A DNA stretch of 64,000 nucleotides, from the IMG/VR virus record IMGVR_UViG_3300025030_000097, positions 294-64,293 of that record. One strand, given 5' to 3'. The position numbers and the translations under genes were made by a program. Every line of letters begins with the position of its first letter. The first letter of the stretch is position 1. This DNA is from a virus. Lineage: Duplodnaviria > Caudoviricetes. The notes under the pieces are model-generated. The model ran no database searches and was not told the origin of the DNA. It worked only from the letters and a program-made list of their open reading frames with translations. This document shows positions 30,229-40,392 of this stretch, piece after piece.

Positions 30229-30585
30229 ATGAGCAGACACTTAAAAATTAAAGCGGAATTAAATCCAGACAAAAAGACAGCAACTCTAACGTGGATTTCT
30301 CAAACTCATTTTGGAAGTTATTTTGGAAACAGTAGGCCGGTTGGTTGTATTAATGACGACTATTTTAGCTCTAGCTGTTCTTTTAACGTTGGTGTTAATA
30401 GTCTAGTAAGTCATCCTAATAATACATTTAGAAAAGGCCAACTTTCACATAATGAAATCAAAAATAGAAAATGGTTTTTAGTGCCTAGCCAGAATGTGCC
30501 GTGGAATAGAACCACAACTATCGCAGTAGAAGACTGGCCTTGGATTAAAAAACTGGTGGAATCTTACAATGAATTTTACAAATAA
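30229..30585 (+). CDS. Paralogue family member
   Basis: RHLKIKAEL...ISQTH..YFG...LVESYNEFY. Confidence 0.85.
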   Translation: MSRHLKIKAELNPDKKTATLTWISQTHFGSYFGNSRPVGCINDDYFSSSCSFNVGVNSLVSHPNNTFRKGQLSHNEIKNRKWFLVPSQNVPWNRTTTIAVEDWPWIKKLVESYNEFYK

Positions 30586-30599
30586 GGAGGTACCTAAAA

Positions 30600-31225
30600 A
30601 TGATAATTGACTATTGCAAAGACGGAGAGGCTATTGGGGATCTTAGTGCAAAAGATTACCTGAGAAAGAAATATGCAGAATACACAGATTGGCACATTCA
30701 TACTTCTTCGGAATGTGTTATTATGGCGGCTCAGCTTTTAGTACTTGCAGGCGAACTTCCCGCAGATAAAATAAAGATTTGGCATGAGCATAAGTTTGCC
30801 AGTAAGATAGACAGTAAAGGTAATTTGAAGCCTTGGCCTAAAGGGTTATGCGAATTTTCAGGTAAATGGCTTCTAGAAGTGGTAAGACTAAGAACCAAAC
30901 ATAACGAGACAGCCTCATGAAAATGCAATCTACTAGAGAAAAATACTTAGTAACCAAAATGGGAGTCCACTACAAACACTGCACAGATAACTATGTTTTC
31001 ACTGGACAAGGCATGTGGTCTGAAGGAGAATACTTCTACAAACTATTTAAATGGGCGCAGAAAAGTTCTTGGTGGGGTTATCTGAAAAGGGATTATATAG
31101 GCGACGAGGGAGATGGTATTTTAGGGCCACTTTACTATCCCATTGACGAATCCTACATAGACGCTGAGATGTTGGCTAATGCTATCTACTCCTACTTTAT
31201 AAAGAAAGAGGAGGTTCCATTTTGA
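30600..31225 (+). CDS. Two hypothetical proteins (30600-30920, 30917-31225)
   Basis: Coupled ORFs. Confidence 0.6.
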
Positions 31226-32538
31226 TAGAGGTTAGGCATGTCGCTCGCGTCCAACTACCTGAAGATGAAAATATAAAAGCCCTGATTTTAAACCTGTTTG
31301 CGTACACTTCCAGAAGCGGAGAATCTTTTCACAACTACTCTTACAAAGATGGAGTAGCATATCTTCCCCCTTGCCTTCCAAAATTAGAGGTAGTCGCTAG
31401 TCTGTTAAACGAAACAGTGGTGGATAACAGGAGCCTTGGGCAACCCATATCCTCGCCTTTCATACTAAACCCAGAATTTACTTTAAGGGATTATCAAGTA
31501 GAACCCGCCAGACAACTTTTCGAAAACACAAGAGATAATAAATCAGCAACTCTAAGTGCGGGCTGCGGGACTGGAAAAACTATAGTGGTATCTCACGCGG
31601 CTGGTCGTTTAAATAAGAAGATCCTAGGGATTTTAGATCAGTCGAATTTATTTCAAAATTGGGCGATTGCTTTTGATATCATCTATGGTAAAAAAATTCA
31701 GCAACTAAAATCAACTGACATTGCATTCTCAGACGTATGCATAACAACGTTTCAGATGCTGCACAGGAACCCTGAGTTACTTGAAAGAATCCGTAAAGTT
31801 TTTGGCTGTCTAATTTTAGATGAGTGCCATGTTGTAAAGGCTGCTACCTTCAAACAAGTTTTATCTAGGCTTGACGCGCAGTACCGTATAGCATGTACGG
31901 CCACTTTCTTCAACAAAAACCTACCTTTAGGGATTCTTGAGGACTGGCTTGCTCCGGTGTCTGTTAAAATGGTAGATCAAGACGCCTTAACTCCAGAGAT
32001 ACGTTGGATAGATACAGGAGTAATTTGGGCTTCAGAAGAACCTATGGATTACGCTTCCTACGTTCTTCCAGCACTTGCAGCAGATGCTAAAAGAAACGCT
32101 GTTATATTCAGTATACTAAAACAGTGTTTGGAAGAGAAACGTAGAACAATAGTTTGCTGCATCACGGTAAAACAGGCTAACTTTCTTCATGAGATTATGA
32201 TTAAATCTGGCGCACGGTCTACTGTGTACACTGGAAGTACTACTGCTAAGAGAGACTTGGAAGTCAAAACTAAAATGAATTCTGGAGAGTTAGACTTCAT
32301 TTTTGCTTCCATGAAATTTAATAAGGGAACAGATATAGATACAGCGGATTGCATGGTTTTGGTAAGACCCAACAACAATCTTAAAGACACTCAACAATTA
32401 ACTGGGCGAGTAGTTCGGAAGGTTGAAGGGAAACCAAAGCCCATAGTTTATGATTTTGCTGATGTAGGTTACTTGGCAGAAATCTTCGTAAGAAACCGTA
32501 AAAAGTTCTATAGGAGCCTTAACTACGAAGAAGGGTAG
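31222..32538 (+). CDS. Superfamily 2 (DExH) helicase
   Basis: LRDYQ, GCGTGKT, LDECH, TAT, G.D, Q..GR..R. Confidence 0.88.
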   Translation: MIEVRHVARVQLPEDENIKALILNLFAYTSRSGESFHNYSYKDGVAYLPPCLPKLEVVASLLNETVVDNRSLGQPISSPFILNPEFTLRDYQVEPARQLFENTRDNKSATLSAGCGTGKTIVVSHAAGRLNKKILGILDQSNLFQNWAIAFDIIYGKKIQQLKSTDIAFSDVCITTFQMLHRNPELLERIRKVFGCLILDECHVVKAATFKQVLSRLDAQYRIACTATFFNKNLPLGILEDWLAPVSVKMVDQDALTPEIRWIDTGVIWASEEPMDYASYVLPALAADAKRNAVIFSILKQCLEEKRRTIVCCITVKQANFLHEIMIKSGARSTVYTGSTTAKRDLEVKTKMNSGELDFIFASMKFNKGTDIDTADCMVLVRPNNNLKDTQQLTGRVVRKVEGKPKPIVYDFADVGYLAEIFVRNRKKFYRSLNYEEG

Positions 32539-32838
32539 GCTAGGGTATGGGGGAGTTAAAAAGTCCCTCTACAAGCAATCCTCGTTCGTTTTAGAGGTGG
32601 TTGTGGAGGATAATATGGAGGAGTTTTATTATGAGAAATATTGTGACTGAAGAAGAGGCAGCTACGAAACGGTGCCCTCAACTCATGGGTAGGTCTGATC
32701 TTGTAAATCGGTATTGCAAAGGATCTGACTGCATGGCTTGGCGGTGGCATTCTGAGGAGACACTAGAGAAGGGCTATGGAGAGAAAACTGTGGTACTAAA
32801 ATATGGGTACTGTGGTAAGGTGCCTTTAACATGAAATT

Positions 32839-32850
32839 GGTAATTACCTA
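32839..32850. repeat. Palindrome copy 10
   Basis: GGTAATTACCTAAAAAGGAGAA, 22 bp identical to 25932. Confidence 0.92.
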
Positions 32851-32866
32851 AAAAGGAGAAAATAAT

Positions 32867-33616
32867 ATGGCATTAGTTTCGGGCGACAGCCATGGTAACC
32901 TCAACCGCTTAAAAGCATTCCTGAGATACAAACCTGAAGAGGAACACATTCTAACAGGAGACCTAATGGACTCCTACATAGCGTCCGACACAGGTATTAT
33001 AGAGACCTTTCAGTTGTTTCAAAAATCAGATGCATTAGCAACATGGTCGAACCATGATACGGTTTACCTAAAAAACTGTCCTGGACAACTGATGTGCTCA
33101 GGTCATCGTACTAACCCAATTTTCGGTCATCTGATAAACGGCAGCAAGGATAAATACAGAGGGTCGTTTGTAAGAGATGGCTACCTGATAACACATGCAG
33201 GAGTTGTGGAAGAGATTGGTAGTAGGTTCTCTGACCTAGAATCTTTAAGCGAGTATATAAACACTGAGATAGATAAGATTGTCTATAACGAGGAAATTTG
33301 GGTAGATAGTCCTTTGTCGGATGTGTTTAATATCTCTGTTGTGAGAGGAGGTTACCATAAGTACGGCGGACCTCTATGGGCTGATTACAGAAGAGAAAAA
33401 TATGATTGCACCAAGAATCAAATCTTTGGACACTCTCATTCGGAAACTTTGAAAATCTTTAACTACGGAGATGATGAAAACGAGAGGAAGCATGTCGCTG
33501 TAGATTGTAGTGAGTTTAGCTGTTTTAACACCAAGACTGGCGCAGCAGAGGATTTCATGTTTCCTGCTTTTAAAGATGGTCCTGCGGTAAGAAAACTGTT
33601 GGAGGTCGGGTACTAA
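32867..33616 (+). CDS. Calcineurin-like metallophosphoesterase
   Basis: GDSHG, GDLMD, SNHD, THAG, GHSH. Confidence 0.85.
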   Translation: MALVSGDSHGNLNRLKAFLRYKPEEEHILTGDLMDSYIASDTGIIETFQLFQKSDALATWSNHDTVYLKNCPGQLMCSGHRTNPIFGHLINGSKDKYRGSFVRDGYLITHAGVVEEIGSRFSDLESLSEYINTEIDKIVYNEEIWVDSPLSDVFNISVVRGGYHKYGGPLWADYRREKYDCTKNQIFGHSHSETLKIFNYGDDENERKHVAVDCSEFSCFNTKTGAAEDFMFPAFKDGPAVRKLLEVGY

Positions 33617-33798
33617 TGGTCAGAAAACAATTTACTTTGTTGGATTCTTTAAGATATCCAGAGAGCTACAATTCAAATTATCTTGAAGGCTCATATACAG
33701 AGGACGGTTCATTACATTTTTATGGGTATTGGGATGAACGTAAGAAATGTTGGATACCTCTGAGCGAGCTGAAATACTATTCGGAATAGGGGAGGGTT

Positions 33799-34495
33799 AT
33801 GATACGTGTAGAAGTAGACTTATCTGACATTCCTAAATGGGCACAGACTAATGATACCGACGCCTTCTCGTGCTATATTGCTGGAGAACTCAGTGCAGCA
33901 GGTATTCCTATAGTTGGAAGTCCTCTGCTGTCTAGGGTAGATTTTACTAAAGGAACGTTACTAACTTGGTACGACTATGAAAATGATAGGAATATTTACT
34001 TATGGAAGTAGAGGAGGACAAAATGAAATGGAAAAAGAAAGAGAAGATTTATCCTAAGGAATACTCGACTAGACAAAGATATATTTTTACTTGGTATCCT
34101 GTAACAATAAGCGGAGAAACTCGTTGGCTATGGTTTTACAAAGTGGAGGAGATACATTATTACGGTACGTGCAGGCTTCTTGGAGATGAGAAATTCTATC
34201 CCGAGTTTGGATTTTGGAGCTACAGCCGGTGGATTGACTAAAGGAGGGTAAAATGAATTCTAAAAAAGAGATTTGGATAACTAATAGCGGTGAAGTTCTA
34301 GATGTTGATGAGATGACCGAAGATCATGTTAGAAATACCCTGAAGATGTTGATAAAGCAAATTAGGGAAGGCAAGCTTGGTTGTCTGGGGTACCATCAGG
34401 ATAGGATAAATATGGAGAGGCGTATGGAAGAACTGAGGGAGATTCATCCTAGTCTTACTACTGGGATTAGGGAGTATGGTGTGGATGGTGGGTAG
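33799..34495 (+). CDS. Small hypothetical proteins (33799-34011, 34023-34241, 34253-34495)
   Basis: SD plus ORF. Confidence 0.55.
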
Positions 34496-34586
34496 GGGTT
34501 GTGTTAGGGAGTGGGTAGGGACTAAGGCAGTTGTTAGGTAAACCTTATAGTCTATATTATATATCTCGTCCGAAACGGACGACCTT

Positions 34587-34615
34587 ATTATACCACAGAA
34601 ATGGCTTTTTGTCAA
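34587..34615 (-). promoter_or_regulatory. Perfect sigma70 consensus promoter pointing leftwards
   Basis: TTGACA-17-TATAAT with TG before the -10. Confidence 0.85.
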
Positions 34616-34662
34616 GCTTTTTCTTCAATGAAATGATTATTTTATTTTAATGTTCTGATTTT

Positions 34663-34674
34663 GGTAACTACCTA
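34663..34674. repeat. Palindrome variant GGTAACTACCTA
   Basis: One mismatch; same TTTT and AAAA flanks. Confidence 0.75.
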
Positions 34675-34692
34675 AAATTTAAGGAATAAGGA

Positions 34693-34738
34693 CTGTCAAG
34701 AGAATTATATTTAGTGATTTGTATAATTCTCTTGACAG
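34693..34738. repeat. 17-bp perfect inverted repeat; right arm carries TTGACA of a + strand promoter (TTGACA-18-TATAGT, 34732-34761)
   Basis: CTGTCAAGAGAATTATA-N12-TATAATTCTCTTGACAG. Confidence 0.75.
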
Positions 34739-34754
34739 AATTGGGTTTGGTGTG

Positions 34755-36077
34755 CTATAGTGGATTATTGGTTGTGTTGTTTTGTCGGTTTCTTACTACA
34801 TGCCCATTACGTCTGACTGCATCTACGACAACACCCCCTCCGACATTGAAATCCTTGGAGATAGATAAAGCCGATTCTCCTGCCAAGTACCTCGTCACAG
34901 CAACGGCTTCTTGTTCCTTAGTTAGTGCAAATTTACACATAAGCGGGCGCATAGGTGTGTTCTTTTTGGCTAAAATTACATGCACAGAGGAGGATGATAT
35001 ACCAAACTTAGCAGCTATGCTCTCTGCATTGGCCCCTTCTAGGTATAATTTAACAATTTCATCGCCGTATAAGTCTATTAATTTTGGCTTAGGTTCTTTC
35101 TTGGGTTTTGGTGTGCACTCAGGTCTGCCATATACGTCATATAGGTAGTTACGAACCCTTTTAGCATTTAGTCGCAATAAGTCGCCAATAGCTCCTGCGG
35201 TAAGTCCTTCGGTATATTTTGTTCGAATTTGACTTAGTAACTGCTCGTCCCAATTGTGATCGCGAATAATTCCACGTGACCTTAGAAGTTTTGCTGTAGC
35301 TGCTTTAGGCACTTTGTACTTTCGTACGATAGCTTCAACTGACATACGATTTTCGTAATCTTTTATGATATTTTCTTTATTGTGCTCAAGGCGTTTATCA
35401 CAAGCTCTAAGTCTTTTAGCTCCTTTCAGAATACTGCTGACTCTGGATTGGTTTACTTTAGTATGGGTTGATATTTCTTTTCTAGACATACCGCCATCGT
35501 GTAAAGTTTTAATGTAATTTATTGTTTCGTCTGGTATAGCACTATAAAATGAGTTTGATCGAGGCTGAATTCCCTCACGGTCTAAAATGTTTCGCACAGT
35601 TTTGTGAGACACTTTATATTTTTTACCTAGAGTAACCGTAGAGGCTCCATTTAGATATTCTTTAACTATTTCAAGTTCGTCTTCAGGAGAGTATTTGTGA
35701 GGCTTCAGCTTCCCTCCAGCGCCTCCATGGTGTACATTTAGAAGTGGGTTACTTTTGTCTATTATCTTCCTTCCGATACTCTTTATTGCCTTAGTCTCTA
35801 ATAGGTAAGCTTCATCTTCGGGCATATTGTCTTTCAATTTAATTATATAATCTCTTAGATCGAAGCCACTATCAATGATTTTCAGTATTAGCTTGTGCTT
35901 GGCTGTCTTATTTTTATTCTTAGCCTCAGAAATATGATTGTACATTCTGATCTTACTGCCCTTTCCGACATAAAATGGTTCATACTCTGTAACTAGACCT
36001 ATATCTGGATACACAAAATTTCCTTCCACCAGCGGATTGAGGTACACATAAATATAGAAATTACGTTTTTGTTTCAT
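34755..36077 (-). mobile_element. GIY-YIG (LEM-3-like) homing endonuclease with tandem HTH repeats
   Basis: YIYVYLNP...PFYVGKG..R...H, EA..LE...I...GR...L.N; about six Y..G.S...I...F.VS repeats. Confidence 0.8.
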
Positions 36078-36141
36078 AACTACTCCTTATAAAATATGAT
36101 CTGGCTACCAATGTTTACCCCTCACAACTCTTCCTTACCTT

Positions 36142-36173
36142 ATTATATACGTAAATGGGTAATAACTTATCAC
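36142..36173 (-). promoter_or_regulatory. GTRATAA-N16-GTATATAAT putative promoter
   Basis: GTGATAAGTTATTACCCATTTACGTATATAAT. Confidence 0.65.
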
Positions 36174-36189
36174 TTAAAGGAGAAACAAA

Positions 36190-37560
36190 TTGTCAAAGAT
36201 AGCTAACGTGCAGTATGAAATACTATCTCTCAAAAAACTTCTAGACTCTAGAGATCCAGAGCTACTTAATAGACTACATTTTGATCTGTACTCTAACGCT
36301 GAACTAGCAAATATTTTGAAGATATCTAGTATACTGTATATGGACACTGGAAGACTGCCTAGCTGGGACCATCTTAAAGCGGAGATAGTAAACAGGGTAT
36401 TACAGACTGACAAGCAAAACTTTTACCTAGGGCTGCTTCAAGATATCAAGGACAAGGACGCGGCAGACATAAGCACGGAAGACATAATTAAGAACTTGAA
36501 GACTCAAAGACAGTTCAGGCAGATACTGGACTCTGCTGGCAAACTAGTAGGGTCTGTGGAAAGTAGAGATGCTAACGCAGCAGTAGATATTATGAAAGAA
36601 TTGTACCAAGACATGTTTTATCAAGACTCTCAAGAATCCCTTGAATCTTCTGACTTAGTGAATATGGCAGGTAAGACAACGAGTATAGATTGGGAGACGA
36701 CTGGCTACGACTCTATAGATGAGAGAGGTGGGATTTGTAAGGGTGGTTTATGGTACTGCTTAGGTGCAGCTAAGAGAGGTAAAAGCACATTAGCTCAAGG
36801 AATGCTGACCCATGCACATGAAAAGTACGGTGGAAGTTCTTGCTACATGTCATTTGAAATGTCAAAAATCGAGGTAAAGTCTAGGATACTGGCTGCCAAA
36901 AGCTCGACAGATATCGGCCTTGTAATAAGTGGATTGCTAAGTCAAACTGAGAGACTGAATCTAAGAAAAGCTGAGGTGGATCTTCTGATAGGACTTACTC
37001 CAAACGCAGAAGACTTTTGCGAGTACACTAGTCAGTTAAACGATGCAGAGTTTTGGGCAGAGGCTTGGCAGAATTTTGCGCCAAAGGATGATAGGGTCTA
37101 CATTATCGACGATGCAGGCGATTGGGCTGATACGTTTACTAAGATGAGATTGTTGGCTACACTCAAAGGAGTCAAGCGATTTGTCATAGATTATCCGATG
37201 CTCATCCCTAGGGCATCGGGACCAGAATTCTCTAAATTATCCACGTGGGAATATCATTTGGAAATGTCAAAGCAGTTAAAAAGTTTTGCTAGAAATACTG
37301 GCACTAGGATCATAGCCCCTGCGCAGTACAAAGAGGGGGAGGATAAAATTTCTTTTGCTAGTAATATTATCAACGATTGCGACGGAATGATTGCTTTGTA
37401 TGAAGATGACGGAGACAAAGATTATGGCGAAATGGGTTGCGTGTCAGTTAAATTTAAAGCATACAGGAACTATATCACAATACCAAGTCAGCCGACACTT
37501 CAGCCTTTCAAACTACTTAAAGAATTAAACTACTCTAGATTTGCTAATTTCAACTTCTAA
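36190..37560 (+). CDS. DnaB-like replicative helicase
   Basis: TGY..ID..GG, GAAKRGKS, SFEMS, IDY, LK.FA, AQ; TTG start with AAGGAG. Confidence 0.85.
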   Translation: MSKIANVQYEILSLKKLLDSRDPELLNRLHFDLYSNAELANILKISSILYMDTGRLPSWDHLKAEIVNRVLQTDKQNFYLGLLQDIKDKDAADISTEDIIKNLKTQRQFRQILDSAGKLVGSVESRDANAAVDIMKELYQDMFYQDSQESLESSDLVNMAGKTTSIDWETTGYDSIDERGGICKGGLWYCLGAAKRGKSTLAQGMLTHAHEKYGGSSCYMSFEMSKIEVKSRILAAKSSTDIGLVISGLLSQTERLNLRKAEVDLLIGLTPNAEDFCEYTSQLNDAEFWAEAWQNFAPKDDRVYIIDDAGDWADTFTKMRLLATLKGVKRFVIDYPMLIPRASGPEFSKLSTWEYHLEMSKQLKSFARNTGTRIIAPAQYKEGEDKISFASNIINDCDGMIALYEDDGDKDYGEMGCVSVKFKAYRNYITIPSQPTLQPFKLLKELNYSRFANFNF

Positions 37561-37573
37561 GGAGACCAAAACA

Positions 37574-38532
37574 ATGCCTAAAACAATGACTAAACAAATC
37601 CCCAAAACCCATTCCCCAATCTTCACCAAACCAGACCTATCAACCCTCTACCACAAAGACGACTGCCGATACTACTACGATCCTGAATTTTGTACGTGCG
37701 GTGCAGATGCTTTTGCGGAGCTAGAATTTTACAAAACTGCTTACAAGGAGTTAGAAACAGCACTCCAAAAACAACAAGAAGAACATGAACAGCTCAACGA
37801 AACTAATAAGAAATATAAACAGGCGTTGGGGAAGATAGCCATTGAGGAAGCTAACTTGATTAACACCGATGGAGGGCATTACCGTTACGAATACTGTGAG
37901 GTTTGTACAGTTATTATCAAACTAGCCGCAGAAGCACTTAGTACAAAGTAAAGGAGCCAAAAAATGATCTATGAAAATTCCCAAGAAGGCAAATGTCCAA
38001 AATGTTCTAACCCACATCTAGATTCATCAGACGTAGAATTTGGTTCAGATTGGGTATCTCACTCAGTATTCTGTGACATTTGCCATTGGTATGGTTCTGA
38101 GGTTTATTCTACAAAATTTCTAAGAATGGAGGATGGAGAGAAATGATCCTAAGATGCCCACTGAACGCACAAATTAATGCACTAATCTGCATATACACCT
38201 GCACAAAAAGTGTGAAAGAAGTATGCAAGGTTTACGAACAGAACTATGACAAGATTACCAAGCTGCTTATCGAACAGAAGTACCTTGATAAGTATGGTAT
38301 TCCAGGGCACGTTCTACCAAAATCTAGGCAACCTAAAAAAGAATCTAAGAGGAAACCAAAGGAAACTACAGCTACAGTTAAGCCAGCTAAAGAAACTAAC
38401 CCAAAGACTGCTAAACCTGCTAAAGACAAAGAGGCAGTTCCAGCAGCTTCGGTAAAACCTAAAAGGAAACGTAGAACGAAAGCTGAGATGGCTTTGGCTA
38501 GGAATAAGGAGTACCGTAAGGGGGCAGCCTGA
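37574..38532 (+). CDS. Three hypothetical proteins (37574-37951, 37964-38146 Zn-ribbon, 38143-38532 Lys-rich)
   Basis: SD plus ORF. Confidence 0.6.
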
Positions 38533-38621
38533 ATAAGTTCAATCACAAAAAGAACTACATAAGACCTTTAAGTAAAGAGTACACAGACCTTGACGCAGCA
38601 ATATTCAAGAAGTACCTTCAC

Positions 38622-39347
38622 ATGCCTAAAGTATACTTGAGAGGCATTATAAGAAGGTATCCTAAGAATCTTAACGAAGTCCCTTTGGTGCTTCACAAGC
38701 TGCTTGAACAATGTGACTCTTATATTTGGAAAGGAGTTAAGATGGAACGTAGTAAAGAAGAAATGATTGCGGCTGTTAAGATGAAAATCTCTGGTGTTCC
38801 TCCTGCATATCTACTTAGAACAGAACTTCCAAGCACCTGTGGAACTAACCTGAAAGTCTATTCTAGCATATTGGAAGCACCAGAGTCGCTTTCTAAATTG
38901 GGTAGGCTGTTGTACTTCCACAGTGGGTTTGAAGACAATTCCCTTCTAGCAGCGTCTAATATAATTAAGTCTGGTGTCACAAAAGGCTTAAAATGTAAGA
39001 TGACTTCTATGCCTCAGTTCATGGAGGAGCTAAAGACCTTTGAAGCTTCTAAGATTCTAACCTCCCTAGCCGAAGCAGATATCTCTTGTCTGTATATGTT
39101 AGGCACTGTTTATGTTAAAGCTGAGTCGGGATTTACAGAGTCTTCTTTGCTGACCTTCATAGACCAACGGAGGGTTAATAAGAAGACAACTATTTTGTCA
39201 TCCCACCTAACACCCGCTGAGTTCAAAACGAGATTCAAAATAGACCTTGATAAGCTAGGGGCAATTTGTTTTAAGATGGAAGATGACGGGGTGGTAAATA
39301 CTGTATCGCAGTTGGCTAAAGAACTTGCTGCGTTGAGAGGAGAATAA
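38622..39347 (+). CDS. Degenerate DnaC/IstB-like helicase-loader; start uncertain (38529 CTG, 38622 or 38742)
   Basis: SGVP..Y and ID.R...KK.TILSSHL pattern; Walker motifs not intact. Confidence 0.45.
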   Translation: MPKVYLRGIIRRYPKNLNEVPLVLHKLLEQCDSYIWKGVKMERSKEEMIAAVKMKISGVPPAYLLRTELPSTCGTNLKVYSSILEAPESLSKLGRLLYFHSGFEDNSLLAASNIIKSGVTKGLKCKMTSMPQFMEELKTFEASKILTSLAEADISCLYMLGTVYVKAESGFTESSLLTFIDQRRVNKKTTILSSHLTPAEFKTRFKIDLDKLGAICFKMEDDGVVNTVSQLAKELAALRGE

Positions 39348-39605
39348 ATGTCTATAAATCTTAAAGAGTTTTTTGATACTAACAAAATATCAGATTATGT
39401 GCGGGAAGAACTTACACTGTGTATTGACTGCGCAGGGGTTGGTAAGAAGAGTCATAGAGAATTGGTTGATTATCACAAGGGAGATTATGACGTAACTTTT
39501 ACAACCTGTACTTCATGTAACGGTTCTGGTCGCATTTACAAGCAGACTATAAGTATAATTGGAATTAGACCTTATGTGTAGAGAACTTGCTGCGTTGAGA
39601 GGAGA
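39320..39605 (+). repeat. 24-bp perfect direct repeat AGAACTTGCTGCGTTGAGAGGAGA (39320-39343, 39582-39605)
   Basis: Brackets ORF 39348-39581. Confidence 0.9.
39348..39581 (+). CDS. DnaJ-type zinc-finger mini-protein
   Basis: CIDCAGVG...CTSCNGSG. Confidence 0.7.
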   Translation: MSINLKEFFDTNKISDYVREELTLCIDCAGVGKKSHRELVDYHKGDYDVTFTTCTSCNGSGRIYKQTISIIGIRPYV

Positions 39606-39754
39606 GTGATATGTTGAGAGCGCATTGTGAAATTTGTGGTATGCCCGACTACGTAGAGTGTGCTTATGCGAAACATAAAAAATACGCTGACAAGAAAAGG
39701 CAGCAGGAAATTGCTAAGGAAGATCCTGAAGATTTATTGCCATAAGGAGAATAA

Positions 39755-40105
39755 ATGTTAAGAGTAATTGTGGCGGGAGGTAGAGAGTTTAACCAGAAGG
39801 ATAGGCTATTTAAATACCTTGACCAGTATCATGTAAAGACTCCTATAACTTCTGTAGTTTGTGGTATGGCGAGGGGTGCTGACAGTATCGGTAAGGAATG
39901 GGCTGAGTCAAGAGGAGTAGCTGTAGATAAGTTTCCTGCCGATTGGGATAACCTAGGTAGAAAGGCTGGGCCTCTGAGGAATATTGACATGGCTGATAAC
40001 GCAGATGCCTTGATAGCAGTTTGGGACGGGAAGAGTTCTGGTACTAAGCACATGATTGGTGTGGCTAGAGGCAAAGGTCTTTTAGTTACTGTACTAAATT
40101 ATTGA
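39755..40105 (+). CDS. SLOG/YspA-like (DUF2493) protein
   Basis: VAGGR.F, G.ARGAD, FPADW, AGP.RN..M, WDG.S.GT..MI. Confidence 0.85.
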   Translation: MLRVIVAGGREFNQKDRLFKYLDQYHVKTPITSVVCGMARGADSIGKEWAESRGVAVDKFPADWDNLGRKAGPLRNIDMADNADALIAVWDGKSSGTKHMIGVARGKGLLVTVLNY

Positions 40106-40392
40106 GGAGGTTAAATTGCCAACAATTTTAATAAAACCTGTAGATTACCAAATAAGTACTAGAAAAATTGGTATTGATGTTTACAACAAAGAAGATTACA
40201 AGTTAGTCGGGATCACACAACTATCTACGAGAGAAGCTAGGAATTTGGCGTGTGAACTCTTAAACCAGTGCGAGAGATTAGACAGTGAGCTGGATAAAAA
40301 GAAAGAAATTGAGGGCAAAACTTTTAGCGAACTTGACTTTAAAAAAGACATGTTGTTTTAAAAATAATTTAGATAGGAGGTAACAAAATGAG

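Noticed and set aside
797-30585. Diversity-generating retroelement behind the variable family
   Set aside because: No reverse transcriptase in the window and no TR/VR pair differing only at adenines; cores vary in length
34298-35148. ORFs 34298-34615 (-) and 34714-35148 (+)
   Set aside because: The first starts on the TTG of the -35 box itself; the second is antisense to the GIY-YIG gene
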